40,070 bases of DNA from a virus (lineage: Duplodnaviria > Caudoviricetes), in IMG/VR virus record IMGVR_UViG_3300033109_000116, positions 1 to 40,070 of that record; one strand, 5' to 3'. The translations under genes and the position numbers were made by a program. Positions 15,518 through 25,126 of the stretch are shown here, one piece after another. The notes below the pieces were generated by a model that did not search any database, was not told the DNA's origin, and worked only from the letters and a program-made list of their open reading frames with translations. How positions within the stretch are numbered: the stretch's first letter is position 1; every line of letters starts with the position of its first letter.

Positions 15518-16066
15518 ATGGGTCTGTCGATTCGCGCTTACGCCCGGCATCGCGGCGTCTCTCACGTGGCGGTCAAGAAGGCGATCGATAGCGGGCGCAT
15601 CACGCCCGAGCCGGATGGCACGATCGAGCCGAACCGAGCCGACCTGGAGTGGGCACAGAACACGGTGTCCGCCCGGAAACCCGCCCCGACGAAGGCAGCA
15701 CCCGCTGCAGTCGAACCGCCGCGCGCACGTGCGATCGAACCAGCGGAGCCGGCGGCACCCGTTCTCTCGACCGGCGGCACCTCGCTACTGCAGGCCAGGA
15801 CGGTCAACGAAGTGGTCAAGGCGCAGACCAACAAGGTCCGTCTGGCGCAGCTCAAGGGCGACCTGGTCGACAGGTCGCAGGCGATCGCGCATGTGTTCCG
15901 GTTGGCGCGCACGGAACGCGATGCCTGGCTCAACTGGCCGGCACGCATCTCGGCGCAGATGGCGGCCAAGCTGGAGATCGATGCCCACGAACTGCATGTG
16001 GCCCTGGAATCCGCCGTGCGCGATCACCTGATCGAACTCGGCGAACTGCGCGCCCGGGTGGATTGA
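15518..16066 (+). CDS. Terminase small subunit (Nu1-like)
   Basis: N-terminal HTH SIRAYARHRGVSHVAVKKAI; LAQLKGDLVD; TGATG coupling to the large subunit. Confidence 0.8.
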   Translation: MGLSIRAYARHRGVSHVAVKKAIDSGRITPEPDGTIEPNRADLEWAQNTVSARKPAPTKAAPAAVEPPRARAIEPAEPAAPVLSTGGTSLLQARTVNEVVKAQTNKVRLAQLKGDLVDRSQAIAHVFRLARTERDAWLNWPARISAQMAAKLEIDAHELHVALESAVRDHLIELGELRARVD

Positions 16067-18042
16067 TGGAACTGGAAGAATACGAAGGCGCGCTCGACAT
16101 CGAACGAGCGTGGCGAGAGGGGCTCGTCCCGGATCCGCTGCTGTCGGTGTCCGAGTGGTCTGACCGGCATCGGATGCTGTCCTCGAAAGCCTCCTCGGAA
16201 CCGGGGCGATGGCGCACCAGCCGCACCCCGTACCTGAAGGAGATCATGGACTGCCTGTCGCCGACCTCGCCGGTCGAGCGCGTGGTATTCATGAAGGCGG
16301 CCCAGTTGGGCGCGACCGAGATGGGATCGAACTGGATCGGCTACGTGATTCACCACGCCCCCGGTCCGATGATGGCGGTCTGGCCGACCGTGGAAATGGC
16401 CAAGCGCAACTCCAAGCAGCGGATCGATCCGCTGATCGAGGAGTCGCCCATCCTCAAGGAACTGATCGCGCCAGCCCGGAGTCGCGATTCGGGCAACACC
16501 ATTCTGGCCAAGGAATTCCGGGGCGGCGTGCTGGTGATGACCGGGGCGAACAGCGCCGTCGGCCTGCGCTCGATGCCGGTGCGTTACCTGTTCCTCGACG
16601 AGGTGGACGGTTACCCGCTGGACGTCGATGGCGAGGGTAATGCCGTGGCCTTGGCCGAGGCCCGCACGCGGACCTTTGCCCGCCGCAAGATCTTCATCGT
16701 ATCGACGCCGACGATTGCCGGCGTTAGTACCATTGAACGGGAGTACGAGGCATCGGACCAGCGTCGCTACTTCGTGCCATGTCCGCACTGTGGGCATCGG
16801 CAGTGGTTGCGCTTCGAGCAGTTACGCTGGGAGCGTAACGAGAACGGCCATTGTCCCGACACGGCGGCCTACGTCTGCGAGTCCTGTGAGGTGCCCATCC
16901 CGGAGCATCACAAGACCTGGATGCTGGAGCACGGCGAGTGGCGCGCGATGGCCGAGGGAAGCAACCGCACTGCCGGGTTTCACCTGTCGTCGCTCTACAG
17001 CCCGATCGGCTGGCGTAGTTGGAAAGACATCGCGATTGCCTGGGAGCGTTCCATCAGCAAGGAATCCGGATCGTCGGCCGAGATCAAAACCTTCAAGAAC
17101 ACCGAACTCGGGGAAACCTGGGTAGAGGAAGGCGAAGCGCCCGACTGGCAGCGCCTGCTGGAGCGCCGCGAGGACTATCGAATCGGCGCGGTGCCGGTGG
17201 GCGGATTGCTGCTTACCGCCGGTGCCGACGTGCAGAAAGATCGCATCGAAGTGTCGATCTGGGCCTTCGGCCGGGGCAAGGAATCCTGGCTGGTCGAGCA
17301 TAGGGTGCTGATGGGCGACACGGCACGCGACGATGTCTGGAAATCTCTGGCCGCTGTCATGCGCGAGACCTGGACACATGAGACCGGCTGCCAGATGAAC
17401 CTAGTGCGCCTGGCGCTGGATACCGGCTTCGCCACGCAGGAGGCGTATGCCTTTGTACGGTCGGTTCGGGATGCTCGGCTGATGGCGGTCAAGGGTGTGG
17501 CGCGTGGAGCGGCCCTGGTCGGCACGCCGACGGCGGTGGATGCCACGACCGGCGGCAAGAAGCTGCGCCGGGGCATCAAGGTGTTCTCGGTGGCGGGCGG
17601 CATCGCCAAGCTGGAGTTCTACAACAACCTGCGCAAGTCCCCGGAAGTGGCCGAGGACGGGATGGCTGTGCGCTATCCGGCCGGCTTCGTGCATCTGCCC
17701 AAGGTCGATGCCGAGTTCCTGCAGCAACTGTGTGCCGAGCAATTGGTCACCCGCCGCGACCGGAACGGCTTCGCCATTCGTGAGTGGCAGAAGATGCGGG
17801 AGCGCAATGAGGCGCTCGATTGCTACGTATATGCCCGGGCGGCGGCGACGGCTTCCGGCCTCGATCGCTTCGAAGATCGGCACTGGCGTGAACTTGAACG
17901 ACAACTGGGACTGTCTCCACCGGAGAACGTTACTCAACAACCTACCGAGGCCACCGATTCAGGTGGCCTTGTTGTTTCTGGAGCTCGTGGAGGATCTGAA
18001 CGACCAGCCCGTCGCCTGATCCGCAGCCGTTGGCTCACATGA
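16066..18042 (+). CDS. Terminase large subunit (lambda gpA family)
   Basis: RTPYLKEIMD, KAAQLGATE, YLFLDEVDGY, STPT, CPHC, DVQKDR, NEALDCYVYA. Confidence 0.95.
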   Translation: MELEEYEGALDIERAWREGLVPDPLLSVSEWSDRHRMLSSKASSEPGRWRTSRTPYLKEIMDCLSPTSPVERVVFMKAAQLGATEMGSNWIGYVIHHAPGPMMAVWPTVEMAKRNSKQRIDPLIEESPILKELIAPARSRDSGNTILAKEFRGGVLVMTGANSAVGLRSMPVRYLFLDEVDGYPLDVDGEGNAVALAEARTRTFARRKIFIVSTPTIAGVSTIEREYEASDQRRYFVPCPHCGHRQWLRFEQLRWERNENGHCPDTAAYVCESCEVPIPEHHKTWMLEHGEWRAMAEGSNRTAGFHLSSLYSPIGWRSWKDIAIAWERSISKESGSSAEIKTFKNTELGETWVEEGEAPDWQRLLERREDYRIGAVPVGGLLLTAGADVQKDRIEVSIWAFGRGKESWLVEHRVLMGDTARDDVWKSLAAVMRETWTHETGCQMNLVRLALDTGFATQEAYAFVRSVRDARLMAVKGVARGAALVGTPTAVDATTGGKKLRRGIKVFSVAGGIAKLEFYNNLRKSPEVAEDGMAVRYPAGFVHLPKVDAEFLQQLCAEQLVTRRDRNGFAIREWQKMRERNEALDCYVYARAAATASGLDRFEDRHWRELERQLGLSPPENVTQQPTEATDSGGLVVSGARGGSERPARRLIRSRWLT

Positions 18043-18051
18043 GGATGAAGC

Positions 18052-18414
18052 ATGAGCCTGCAGTCGCAATTGAACAGCTTCGTGACGCGGGTGGCCGAGA
18101 TGTTTCAGCAGGTGGAGACGCGCACCGGAGCCCTCGATCGACTCAATACCTCAGCCAAGTCTGATCTGGTTACTGCGATCAACGAACTGGCCGCCCGCGA
18201 GATCGGCGGCGGAAGCAGCGGCGTTGCCTTCACCCACAGCCAGGTGTCGGCCACGACGCTCTGGACCATCAACCACAACCTGGGATTTCGACCGTCGGTA
18301 TCGATCCTCGATGCCGGCGGGAACGAGATTGAGGCCGATGTCGTGCATACCGGCCCGAACCAACTCGTCATTCACTTTGCCGTCCCGGTCGCCGGGGTAG
18401 CCCGACTCACGTAG
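18052..18414 (+). CDS. Putative fibre-associated virion protein
   Basis: Helical N-terminus (LNTSAKSDLVTAINEL), GGGSSG linker, beta domain WTINHNLG... Confidence 0.6.
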   Translation: MSLQSQLNSFVTRVAEMFQQVETRTGALDRLNTSAKSDLVTAINELAAREIGGGSSGVAFTHSQVSATTLWTINHNLGFRPSVSILDAGGNEIEADVVHTGPNQLVIHFAVPVAGVARLT

Positions 18415-18434
18415 TCATCACATAGGAGCAACAC

Positions 18435-19226
18435 ATGTCCCGCAAGCAACTCTCAGATCTCGACTTCGGCGGGGTCGCCCGCATTCGCAATCTGCCAGCA
18501 CCGGTCAATCCGGATGAACCGGTCCGCCAGCAGGATCTCAACTCGGCCGTCGAAGGCCTGTCCTGGAAGGACTCCTGCCGTGTGGCTAGCCAGGCCAACG
18601 TCAACCTGTCGTCGCCCGGCGCTTCGATCGACGGCATCACTCTGAGCGTTGGCGATCGTGTCCTGATCAAGGCCCAGACGGTCGGGTCCGAGAACGGCAT
18701 CTACATCTGGAATGGTGCGGCGGTCGCCATGACGCGCAGCCTCGATGCCTCGACCAGTGTCGAACTGGAACAGGCCGTCATCAGTGTCGAGGAAGGCACC
18801 TCGGCGGGGACTAGCTGGCGGCAGTCGGTGGTCAACTTCGTCATCGACAGCGATGACGTCACCTGGCTGCAGTTCGGTGCGGCGGTGGGTGCGGCATCGG
18901 AGACCAGTTCCGGCATCGCCGAGATCGCCACGCAGGCCGAGACGGATGCCGGTACCGACGACCAGCGCATCATCACGCCGCTCAAGCTCAACGCCTGGGC
19001 CAACAAGACACGCCGGGCGCAGGCCACCATCGGTGATGGCAGCAGCACCCAGTTCGACGTCAATCACAACTTTGCCACCCGCGATGTGGTGGTTCAGGTC
19101 TATCAGGCCTCGGGCAACTACGAGCAGGTGACCTGCGATGTCAGCCTGCCGACTACCAACACGGCACGACTGAACTTCGCCGCCGCGCCGGCCAGCAACG
19201 CCTACCGTGTCGTGGTGATGGGGTAA
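18435..19226 (+). CDS. Fibre-like virion protein
   Basis: IDGITLSVGDRVLIKAQ..ENGIY domain; fibre repeat ASETSSGIAEIATQAETDAGTDDQRIITPLKL; C-terminal VNHNF domain. Confidence 0.7.
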   Translation: MSRKQLSDLDFGGVARIRNLPAPVNPDEPVRQQDLNSAVEGLSWKDSCRVASQANVNLSSPGASIDGITLSVGDRVLIKAQTVGSENGIYIWNGAAVAMTRSLDASTSVELEQAVISVEEGTSAGTSWRQSVVNFVIDSDDVTWLQFGAAVGAASETSSGIAEIATQAETDAGTDDQRIITPLKLNAWANKTRRAQATIGDGSSTQFDVNHNFATRDVVVQVYQASGNYEQVTCDVSLPTTNTARLNFAAAPASNAYRVVVMG

Positions 19227-19229
19227 TCC

Positions 19230-19781
19230 GTGAAGGATCTGGCCTACCGGGCGGTCCCGGTCGTCATCGTGCTGCCGGCACCCTCGGTATCGCTGGCGGG
19301 CGTCATCGCGCGCCTCGCCTCGGACAACAAGCCCTACTGGTGCGACGGCACGCAATGGGTCGATCTGTCGGCCAGTGGCGGCGGCGCACTGCCTTCGGCC
19401 AGTGCTGCCCTGGCGGCAGACGTCAGTCTGACGACGAGCAACCAATGGTATGACGGTCCGGGGGTTTCTCTGGAAGCCGGTACTTGGCTGGTCGCCGCGA
19501 CGATCACCCAGGTGCGCGCCGCCACCACGGCCGAGACCATCTATGGACGCATCAGTACGGGCGCCGTGCACTACGCCTCGACCCAGATGTACCACGCCTC
19601 GGTCAATGGCACGGGCGTGACCCTGAGCCTCAACGCGCTGATCGCTCTGGCGGCGACCACCACGGTCAAGTGCCAGTGCGCGACCTCGGCCGGCAACACC
19701 AACAGCCGCATGAAGGCAGCCCTGACCGCAAATGGCAGCGGCAACAACGCCACGATGATCACCGCACTCAAGGTGGGTTGA
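19230..19781 (+). CDS. Putative fibre tip (C1q/BclA-like beta sandwich)
   Basis: GTG start; YWCDGTQWVDL, GGG linker, LEAGTWLV, terminal ITALKVG. Confidence 0.55.
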   Translation: MKDLAYRAVPVVIVLPAPSVSLAGVIARLASDNKPYWCDGTQWVDLSASGGGALPSASAALAADVSLTTSNQWYDGPGVSLEAGTWLVAATITQVRAATTAETIYGRISTGAVHYASTQMYHASVNGTGVTLSLNALIALAATTTVKCQCATSAGNTNSRMKAALTANGSGNNATMITALKVG

Positions 19782-19785
19782 ACCT

Positions 19786-20007
19786 ATGGCCTATTCGGAA
19801 GAACAACTGACTCTGCTGGAAGCTGCGCTGGCCAAGGGCGAGAAGCGCGTGACCTTTGGCGACAAGACCGTCGAATACCGCTCGGTCGAGGAACTCAAGG
19901 AAGCGATCCGGGCGGTGGAACGCGGTCTGGCTGAACAAGCCGCGAACACCGGACTGATTCCGCCGCCGGCCCGGCAGATCCGCGTCGTCACGGGCAAGGG
20001 GTTCTGA
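19786..20007 (+). CDS. Head completion protein (gpW-like)
   Basis: GEKRVTFGDKTVEYRSVEEL; immediately before portal. Confidence 0.85.
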   Translation: MAYSEEQLTLLEAALAKGEKRVTFGDKTVEYRSVEELKEAIRAVERGLAEQAANTGLIPPPARQIRVVTGKGF

Positions 20008-21509
20008 TGGGCATGTTCAATACCATCCGCAGAAAACTCTTCGGCGGTACGCCAATCTACGACGGGGCCGGCAGTGGTCGGCGCACCCTGGCCTGGGCAG
20101 TCTCGAATCCGGGGGCGGTGGCCGCACTGGCCTTCACCCAGGACAGTCTGCGCGCCAAGAGCCGCGACCTGGTCAGGAGAAATGCCTGGGCGGCGGCCGG
20201 CATTGAAGCCTTCGTGGCGAACTGCATCGGCACCGGCATCAAGCCGCAAAGCCTGGTGGCGGATCCTGCCCAGCGCGAAGCCATCCAGTGCCTGTGGTGG
20301 GACTGGTGCGAGTTCGCCGACGCCAATGGACTGACCGATTTCTACGGACTGCAAGCCCTGGCCACCCGGGCCATGCTCGAAGGCGGCGAAGCGATCATTC
20401 GTCTGCGCTGGCGACGTCCCGAGGATGGCCTGCCCGTCGCGCTGCAGATTCAGGTACTGGAAGCGGAGCATCTGCCGCTGGCGATGAACCGGGAACTCAG
20501 CAACGGCAACGTGATCCGTGCCGGCATCGAGTTCGATCGGATCGGGAGGCGGGTGGCCTACCACCTCTACCGATCGCATCCCAACGATGGCGGCCTGGCA
20601 CCTATGTCCGGGGCAGGTGGTGCCGACACCGTTCGAGTGCCGGCTGAAGAGGTGATCCATCTGTTCCGTCCGCTGCGCCCCGGCCAGATTCGCGGCGAGC
20701 CGTGGCTCGCACGTGCCCTGGTCAAGCTCAACGAACTCGACCAGTACGACGATGCCGAACTGGTGAGGAAGAAGACGGCAGCCATGTTCGCCGGTTTCAT
20801 CACCCGTCTCACTCCCGAAGACAGCCTGCTCGGGGAAGGCTCGGCCGACGCCAATGGCGTAGCCCTGGCCGGATTGGAACCTGGCACCTTACAGATCCTG
20901 GAACCAGGAGAGGACATCAAGTTCTCGGCACCGGCGGATGTGGGGAGTTCCTACGCCGAGTTCATGCGCCAGCAGTTCCGCGCCGTGGCCGCCGCGATGG
21001 GGATTACCTACGAAATGCTCACAGGGGATCTCACCCAGGTGAATTACTCCTCGATCCGGGCCGGGCTGTTGGAATTTCGTCGCCGCTGCGAAGCGATCCA
21101 GCATGGAGTGATCGTGCATCAGCTATGCCGGCCGATCTGGCGGGCGTGGATGGATCAGGCTGTGCTCGAAGGTGTGCTGGCGTTGCCGGGCTACAGCCGC
21201 CGTCGTCGCGAGTATCAAACCGTCAAGTGGATTCCCCAGGGCTGGCAGTGGGTCGATCCGCAGAAGGAATTCAATGCATTGAAGCTGGCGATCCGGGCGG
21301 GCCTGATGAGCCGCTCTGAAGCTATTTCGGCCTACGGTTACGACGCAGAGGATGTCGATCGCGAGATCGCGGCGGACAACCGCCGTGCCGACGAACTCGG
21401 GATCGTCTTCGACTCGGATCCACGGCACGACAAGGTGCCCAGCGCACCGGCTCCGGAAACATCGCATCGGCCGGATCCAGCAGAAACCACCGACCAACCA
21501 ACGGAGTAA
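20007..21509 (+). CDS. Portal protein, lambda family
   Basis: LRAKSRDLVRRN, RPGQIRGEP, YEMLTGDLTQVNYSSIR, WVDPQKE. Confidence 0.95.
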   Translation: MGMFNTIRRKLFGGTPIYDGAGSGRRTLAWAVSNPGAVAALAFTQDSLRAKSRDLVRRNAWAAAGIEAFVANCIGTGIKPQSLVADPAQREAIQCLWWDWCEFADANGLTDFYGLQALATRAMLEGGEAIIRLRWRRPEDGLPVALQIQVLEAEHLPLAMNRELSNGNVIRAGIEFDRIGRRVAYHLYRSHPNDGGLAPMSGAGGADTVRVPAEEVIHLFRPLRPGQIRGEPWLARALVKLNELDQYDDAELVRKKTAAMFAGFITRLTPEDSLLGEGSADANGVALAGLEPGTLQILEPGEDIKFSAPADVGSSYAEFMRQQFRAVAAAMGITYEMLTGDLTQVNYSSIRAGLLEFRRRCEAIQHGVIVHQLCRPIWRAWMDQAVLEGVLALPGYSRRRREYQTVKWIPQGWQWVDPQKEFNALKLAIRAGLMSRSEAISAYGYDAEDVDREIAADNRRADELGIVFDSDPRHDKVPSAPAPETSHRPDPAETTDQPTE

Positions 21510-21512
21510 CCC

Positions 21513-22739
21513 ATGCTGCCTCATCTTGCTTCCCGCCTGTTCGGGACGCCGCTGCTCGTCCATCGTGCCAAGCTCGATGTGATCCTGGCTGTCCTCGGCG
21601 AACGTTTGAACCTTCATGTGCCTGCTGCCGAACTGGCGGTACCGCCGCCCCGTTCGACTCATGCCGGCGCTCCGAGTATCGCCGTGATTCCGGTGCACGG
21701 CACGTTGGTCAAACGCACTTCCGGACTCAATGCCGCCTCGGGCCTGACCAGTTACACCGAGATCGGCGCCATGCTCGAGGTGGCACTTGCCGATCCACAG
21801 GTCGCCGGCATCCTGCTGGATATCGACTCCCCGGGTGGGGAGGCGGCCGGCAGCTTCGAACTGGCACGCACCATCCGGGCCGCCACACAGACCAAACCGA
21901 TCTGGGCGGTCGCCAATGATTCCGCCTTCTCAGCGGCGTATGCGATTGGCTCTGCCGCCAACCGGCTGATCGTCTCCGAAACCGGGGGCGTCGGATCGAT
22001 TGGGGTGATCGCTTTGCATGTCGACCAGTCGGTCAAGGATGCCAACGACGGCTATCGCTATACGGCGGTCACCGCCGGCAATCGCAAGAACGATTTCTCG
22101 CCGCACGAACCGCTGACCACTTCGGCCAAGGCGGAACTGCAGGCCGAGGTCGATCGCCTCTACGGTTTGTTCGTCGATCACGTGGCCGCGATGCGCCGCC
22201 TCGACGCCAACGATATTCGAGACACCGAGGCCGGACTTTTCTTCGGCGGCAATGCCATCACGGTGGGCCTGGCCGATGCCGTGGGCACGCTTGATTCGGC
22301 CCTCACGGATTTCTCACTGTATCTCAGCTCCCGAAGCCGCAAGTCGCCTCAGGCTCGGGCAGTGACTCGAACCGAGGCGGCGACTCCCACACAGGAGCAA
22401 AACATGGATCCACAAGAAGTTGAAGTTGTTCCCGAAACGATCGGTGTCGATGCCGCTGCCGTCCTGGTCGCCGAAGCCCGGCGCGAAGTGACCCAGTCGG
22501 CAAAGGCCATCGCCGAGCTGTGCCTGATCGCCAACGTCCCGGACAAGGCGGCCGAATTCATCGCGGCCGGCAAGACCGAGGCCGAGGTGCGCCAGGCGCT
22601 GATCGAGGCCAAGGCCGCACGTTCCGACGCTACCCCAATCGCCTCGACGATCACCCCTGAGGCCGGTACGCAGGATGTAGCGCATCCGGAAGCCTCGCCG
22701 ATCGTCCAGGCCGTCAAGAAACTCATTCACAAGGAGTAA
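21513..22739 (+). CDS. S49 head maturation protease with C-terminal scaffold region (gpC-like)
   Basis: LDIDSPGG, SAAYAI, GSIGV, GLADAVG. Confidence 0.93.
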   Translation: MLPHLASRLFGTPLLVHRAKLDVILAVLGERLNLHVPAAELAVPPPRSTHAGAPSIAVIPVHGTLVKRTSGLNAASGLTSYTEIGAMLEVALADPQVAGILLDIDSPGGEAAGSFELARTIRAATQTKPIWAVANDSAFSAAYAIGSAANRLIVSETGGVGSIGVIALHVDQSVKDANDGYRYTAVTAGNRKNDFSPHEPLTTSAKAELQAEVDRLYGLFVDHVAAMRRLDANDIRDTEAGLFFGGNAITVGLADAVGTLDSALTDFSLYLSSRSRKSPQARAVTRTEAATPTQEQNMDPQEVEVVPETIGVDAAAVLVAEARREVTQSAKAIAELCLIANVPDKAAEFIAAGKTEAEVRQALIEAKAARSDATPIASTITPEAGTQDVAHPEASPIVQAVKKLIHKE

Positions 22740-22742
22740 GCC

Positions 22743-23120
22743 ATGCCTGTCATGACCCTGAGCAAAAACCTCGGCGACGTCCTCAAGTACGAAGCGCCCA
22801 ACCTGTATTCACGTGAAGCGGCGGTCGTCGCCGCCGGCCAGAACCTGTCGATCGGCACCGTCCTTGGTCGCAAGACGGCCGACGGCAAATTGCATGCCCT
22901 GGCACCGGCCGCCAGCGATGGCACCGAAGCCGCCATCGGCGTGCTCGCCACCGATACCGACGCCACCCTGATCGATCGTGAGGATGCCTTACTGATTGCC
23001 CGACACGCCATTGTTGCCCACAACGGCCTGATCTGGCCGGCCGGTATCACCGCACCGCAGAAAGCAGCTGCCGAAGCACAACTCGCGGCGATCGGCATCT
23101 TGGTCCGCGATTCAGCGTAA
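22743..23120 (+). CDS. Head decoration protein (gpD-like)
   Basis: GTVLG, DGTEAAIGVL; between protease and capsid. Confidence 0.85.
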   Translation: MPVMTLSKNLGDVLKYEAPNLYSREAAVVAAGQNLSIGTVLGRKTADGKLHALAPAASDGTEAAIGVLATDTDATLIDREDALLIARHAIVAHNGLIWPAGITAPQKAAAEAQLAAIGILVRDSA

Positions 23121-23149
23121 ACCACACGTCAGCAAGCATTCATTCCCCT

Positions 23150-23173
23150 GAAACCCGCCATCTGGCGGGTTTC
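23150..23173 (+). terminator. Hairpin between decoration and capsid genes
   Basis: GAAACCCGCCA-TC-TGGCGGGTTTC. Confidence 0.55.
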
Positions 23174-23192
23174 GTCATTTTGGAGATCCCAA

Positions 23193-24200
23193 ATGCAGAA
23201 TCCTTTCGACAATCCCGGCTTCTCGATGGCCAGCCTGACAGCGGCGATCAACATCCTGCCGAACCGCTACGGCCGCCTCGAGCAACTCAACCTGTTCCCG
23301 GCCAAGCCGGTGCGTACCCGCCAGATCATCGTCGAGGAGTACGCCGGCAAGCTCAACCTGCTGCCGACCCGTCCGGTTGGCTCCCCCGGTACAGTCGGCG
23401 AGCGTGGCAGCCGCAAGCTGCGTTCCTTCATCATCCCGCACATCCCGCACGACGACGTGGTGCTGCCCGAGGAAGTACAGGGCATTCGTGCCTTCGGTTC
23501 GGAGACAGAGATGGAGGCCATCTCCGGCGTCATGGCGCGGCACCTGGAGACCATGCGCAACAAGCATGCGATCACCCTGGAGCACCTACGCATGGGGGCG
23601 TTGAAGGGCCAGATCCTCGATGCCGACGGCAGCACCATCTACAACCTCTACAGCGAGTTTGGTCTGTCGCAGACGACGATCCCATTTGATCTCGCCAATG
23701 CCAACAGCGACATCAAGGGGCATTGCTACGACCTACTGACCGAAATCGAGGACAAACTCCAGGGTGAGTTTATGACCGGTGTCCATGTGCTGTGCTCGCC
23801 GGAGTTTTTCCGCGCGCTGACCACGCACAAGGAGGTCAAGACGGCCTACACCAACTGGCAGCAGGGCGTGATCCTCATCAACGACGTGCGCTCCGGCTTT
23901 ACCTACACCGGTGTGACCTTCGAGGAGTATCGCGGTCAGGCCACCGACATGAACGGCACGGTACGCAAGTTCATCGCCCCGGGCGAGGCGCATGCTTTCC
24001 CGCTCGGCACCGTCGATACCTTCGGCACCTATTTCGCCCCGGCGGACTTCAACGAGACGGTCAATACCCTCGGCCAACCCCTGTACGCCAAGCAGGACAG
24101 CCGCAAGTTCGAGCGCGGCACCGATCTACACACGCAGAGCAACCCGCTGCCGATGTGCCATCGCCCGAACGTCCTGGTGAAGCTGACGGCGGCGGCCTAA
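23193..24200 (+). CDS. Major capsid protein (gpE family)
   Basis: TLEHLRMGALKG, FAPAD, TQSNPLPMCHRP; position. Confidence 0.93.
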   Translation: MQNPFDNPGFSMASLTAAINILPNRYGRLEQLNLFPAKPVRTRQIIVEEYAGKLNLLPTRPVGSPGTVGERGSRKLRSFIIPHIPHDDVVLPEEVQGIRAFGSETEMEAISGVMARHLETMRNKHAITLEHLRMGALKGQILDADGSTIYNLYSEFGLSQTTIPFDLANANSDIKGHCYDLLTEIEDKLQGEFMTGVHVLCSPEFFRALTTHKEVKTAYTNWQQGVILINDVRSGFTYTGVTFEEYRGQATDMNGTVRKFIAPGEAHAFPLGTVDTFGTYFAPADFNETVNTLGQPLYAKQDSRKFERGTDLHTQSNPLPMCHRPNVLVKLTAAA

Positions 24201-24484
24201 TGAACCAGCTGCGTGAGCTGTATGCCGTCGCCGGTAGGTCGGGTCTGCTCACTCCGGTCGTGATCGGGGGAACGGAAGTGCTAGTGGACTTTCGGGCCCC
24301 CGATGCGGAGGTGCTGGATGGCCTGGGGCTTTCAGCCGACTATGCCATCCGCTACCCGGCTGACGAGGTGCTGCTCGACACGGGTTACGAACTGGTGATC
24401 GGCGGTATCGCCTACCGGGTCCGGGAAGTTCGGGCCATCGGCGATGGCTCGGAATGCCGGGCAACGCTGACGCGAATTTCATGA
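24200..24484 (+). CDS. Head-tail joining protein (gpFII-like)
   Basis: TAATG coupling; YRVREVRAIGDGSECRATL. Confidence 0.7.
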   Translation: MNQLRELYAVAGRSGLLTPVVIGGTEVLVDFRAPDAEVLDGLGLSADYAIRYPADEVLLDTGYELVIGGIAYRVREVRAIGDGSECRATLTRIS

Positions 24485-24909
24485 TCTCCCGTCGAGAACA
24501 ACTGATTCGTGCTGTCATCGATGTGTGCGCGGCCGCAGTTTCACCCACGCGCGTGCTGCGTCAGCCGGTCATCGCGATCCCGCGCGAACAGACACCCGCA
24601 CTGGTGGTGTCGGTCACATCGGATGCGCCGCTCCGCCGTGCTAACGAGCGCATGGAACGGGAACTGTCACTGCGTCTGGTGGCTTATGCCCGCGATCCAA
24701 CCGATGGCTACCTCGTGTCCGACGGTCTGTTGTGCAAGGCGCATTTGGCCTTACTAGCCGACCCCACGCTCAGTGGACTTGCCATTGCCATCGACGAACA
24801 GGAGGCGGACTACCAGGCCGAGGACGCAGACGTCGATGCCGTGGCCATCCCGGCGACCTACCGCATTACCTACCGAACCCTCGTATCCGACATTTCTCAA
24901 GGAGGCTGA
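24481..24909 (+). CDS. Tail terminator (gpU-like)
   Basis: SRREQLI, LLADPTLSGLA, YRITYRT; position. Confidence 0.65.
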   Translation: MISRREQLIRAVIDVCAAAVSPTRVLRQPVIAIPREQTPALVVSVTSDAPLRRANERMERELSLRLVAYARDPTDGYLVSDGLLCKAHLALLADPTLSGLAIAIDEQEADYQAEDADVDAVAIPATYRITYRTLVSDISQGG

Positions 24910-24910
24910 G

Positions 24911-25120
24911 ATGCCCAGGCTAAGACTCAAAGTCACCCATACCCATGCCGGTGTGGCCTATCCCCCCGGCCACATCATCGACGTGGACGACCACGCCGCA
25001 CGCTGGCTTACCGAGCGCGATATCGGCACGCCGGCCAGCAGCGATCCCATGCCAGCTGCCGAGCCCAATGACACCGTCGATCCGGCCAAACCCCGTTCTG
25101 CCAAGACCCCGAAGGAGTAA
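24911..25120 (+). CDS. Small hypothetical protein
   Basis: AGGAGG RBS; HTHAGVAYPPGHIIDV. Confidence 0.7.
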   Translation: MPRLRLKVTHTHAGVAYPPGHIIDVDDHAARWLTERDIGTPASSDPMPAAEPNDTVDPAKPRSAKTPKE

Positions 25121-25126
25121 TTCAGC

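Noticed and set aside
15131-15565. N-terminal extension of the DUF3489 ORF
   Set aside because: Overlaps the 82-aa gene and the motif; strong RBS at ATG 15130
15649-16065. 139-aa N-terminal extension of terL in the ORF track
   Set aside because: Overlaps terS out of frame; TGATG coupling supports ATG 16066
18453-19595. 380-aa minus-strand ORF
   Set aside because: Shadow of two plus-strand genes, expected in GC-rich DNA
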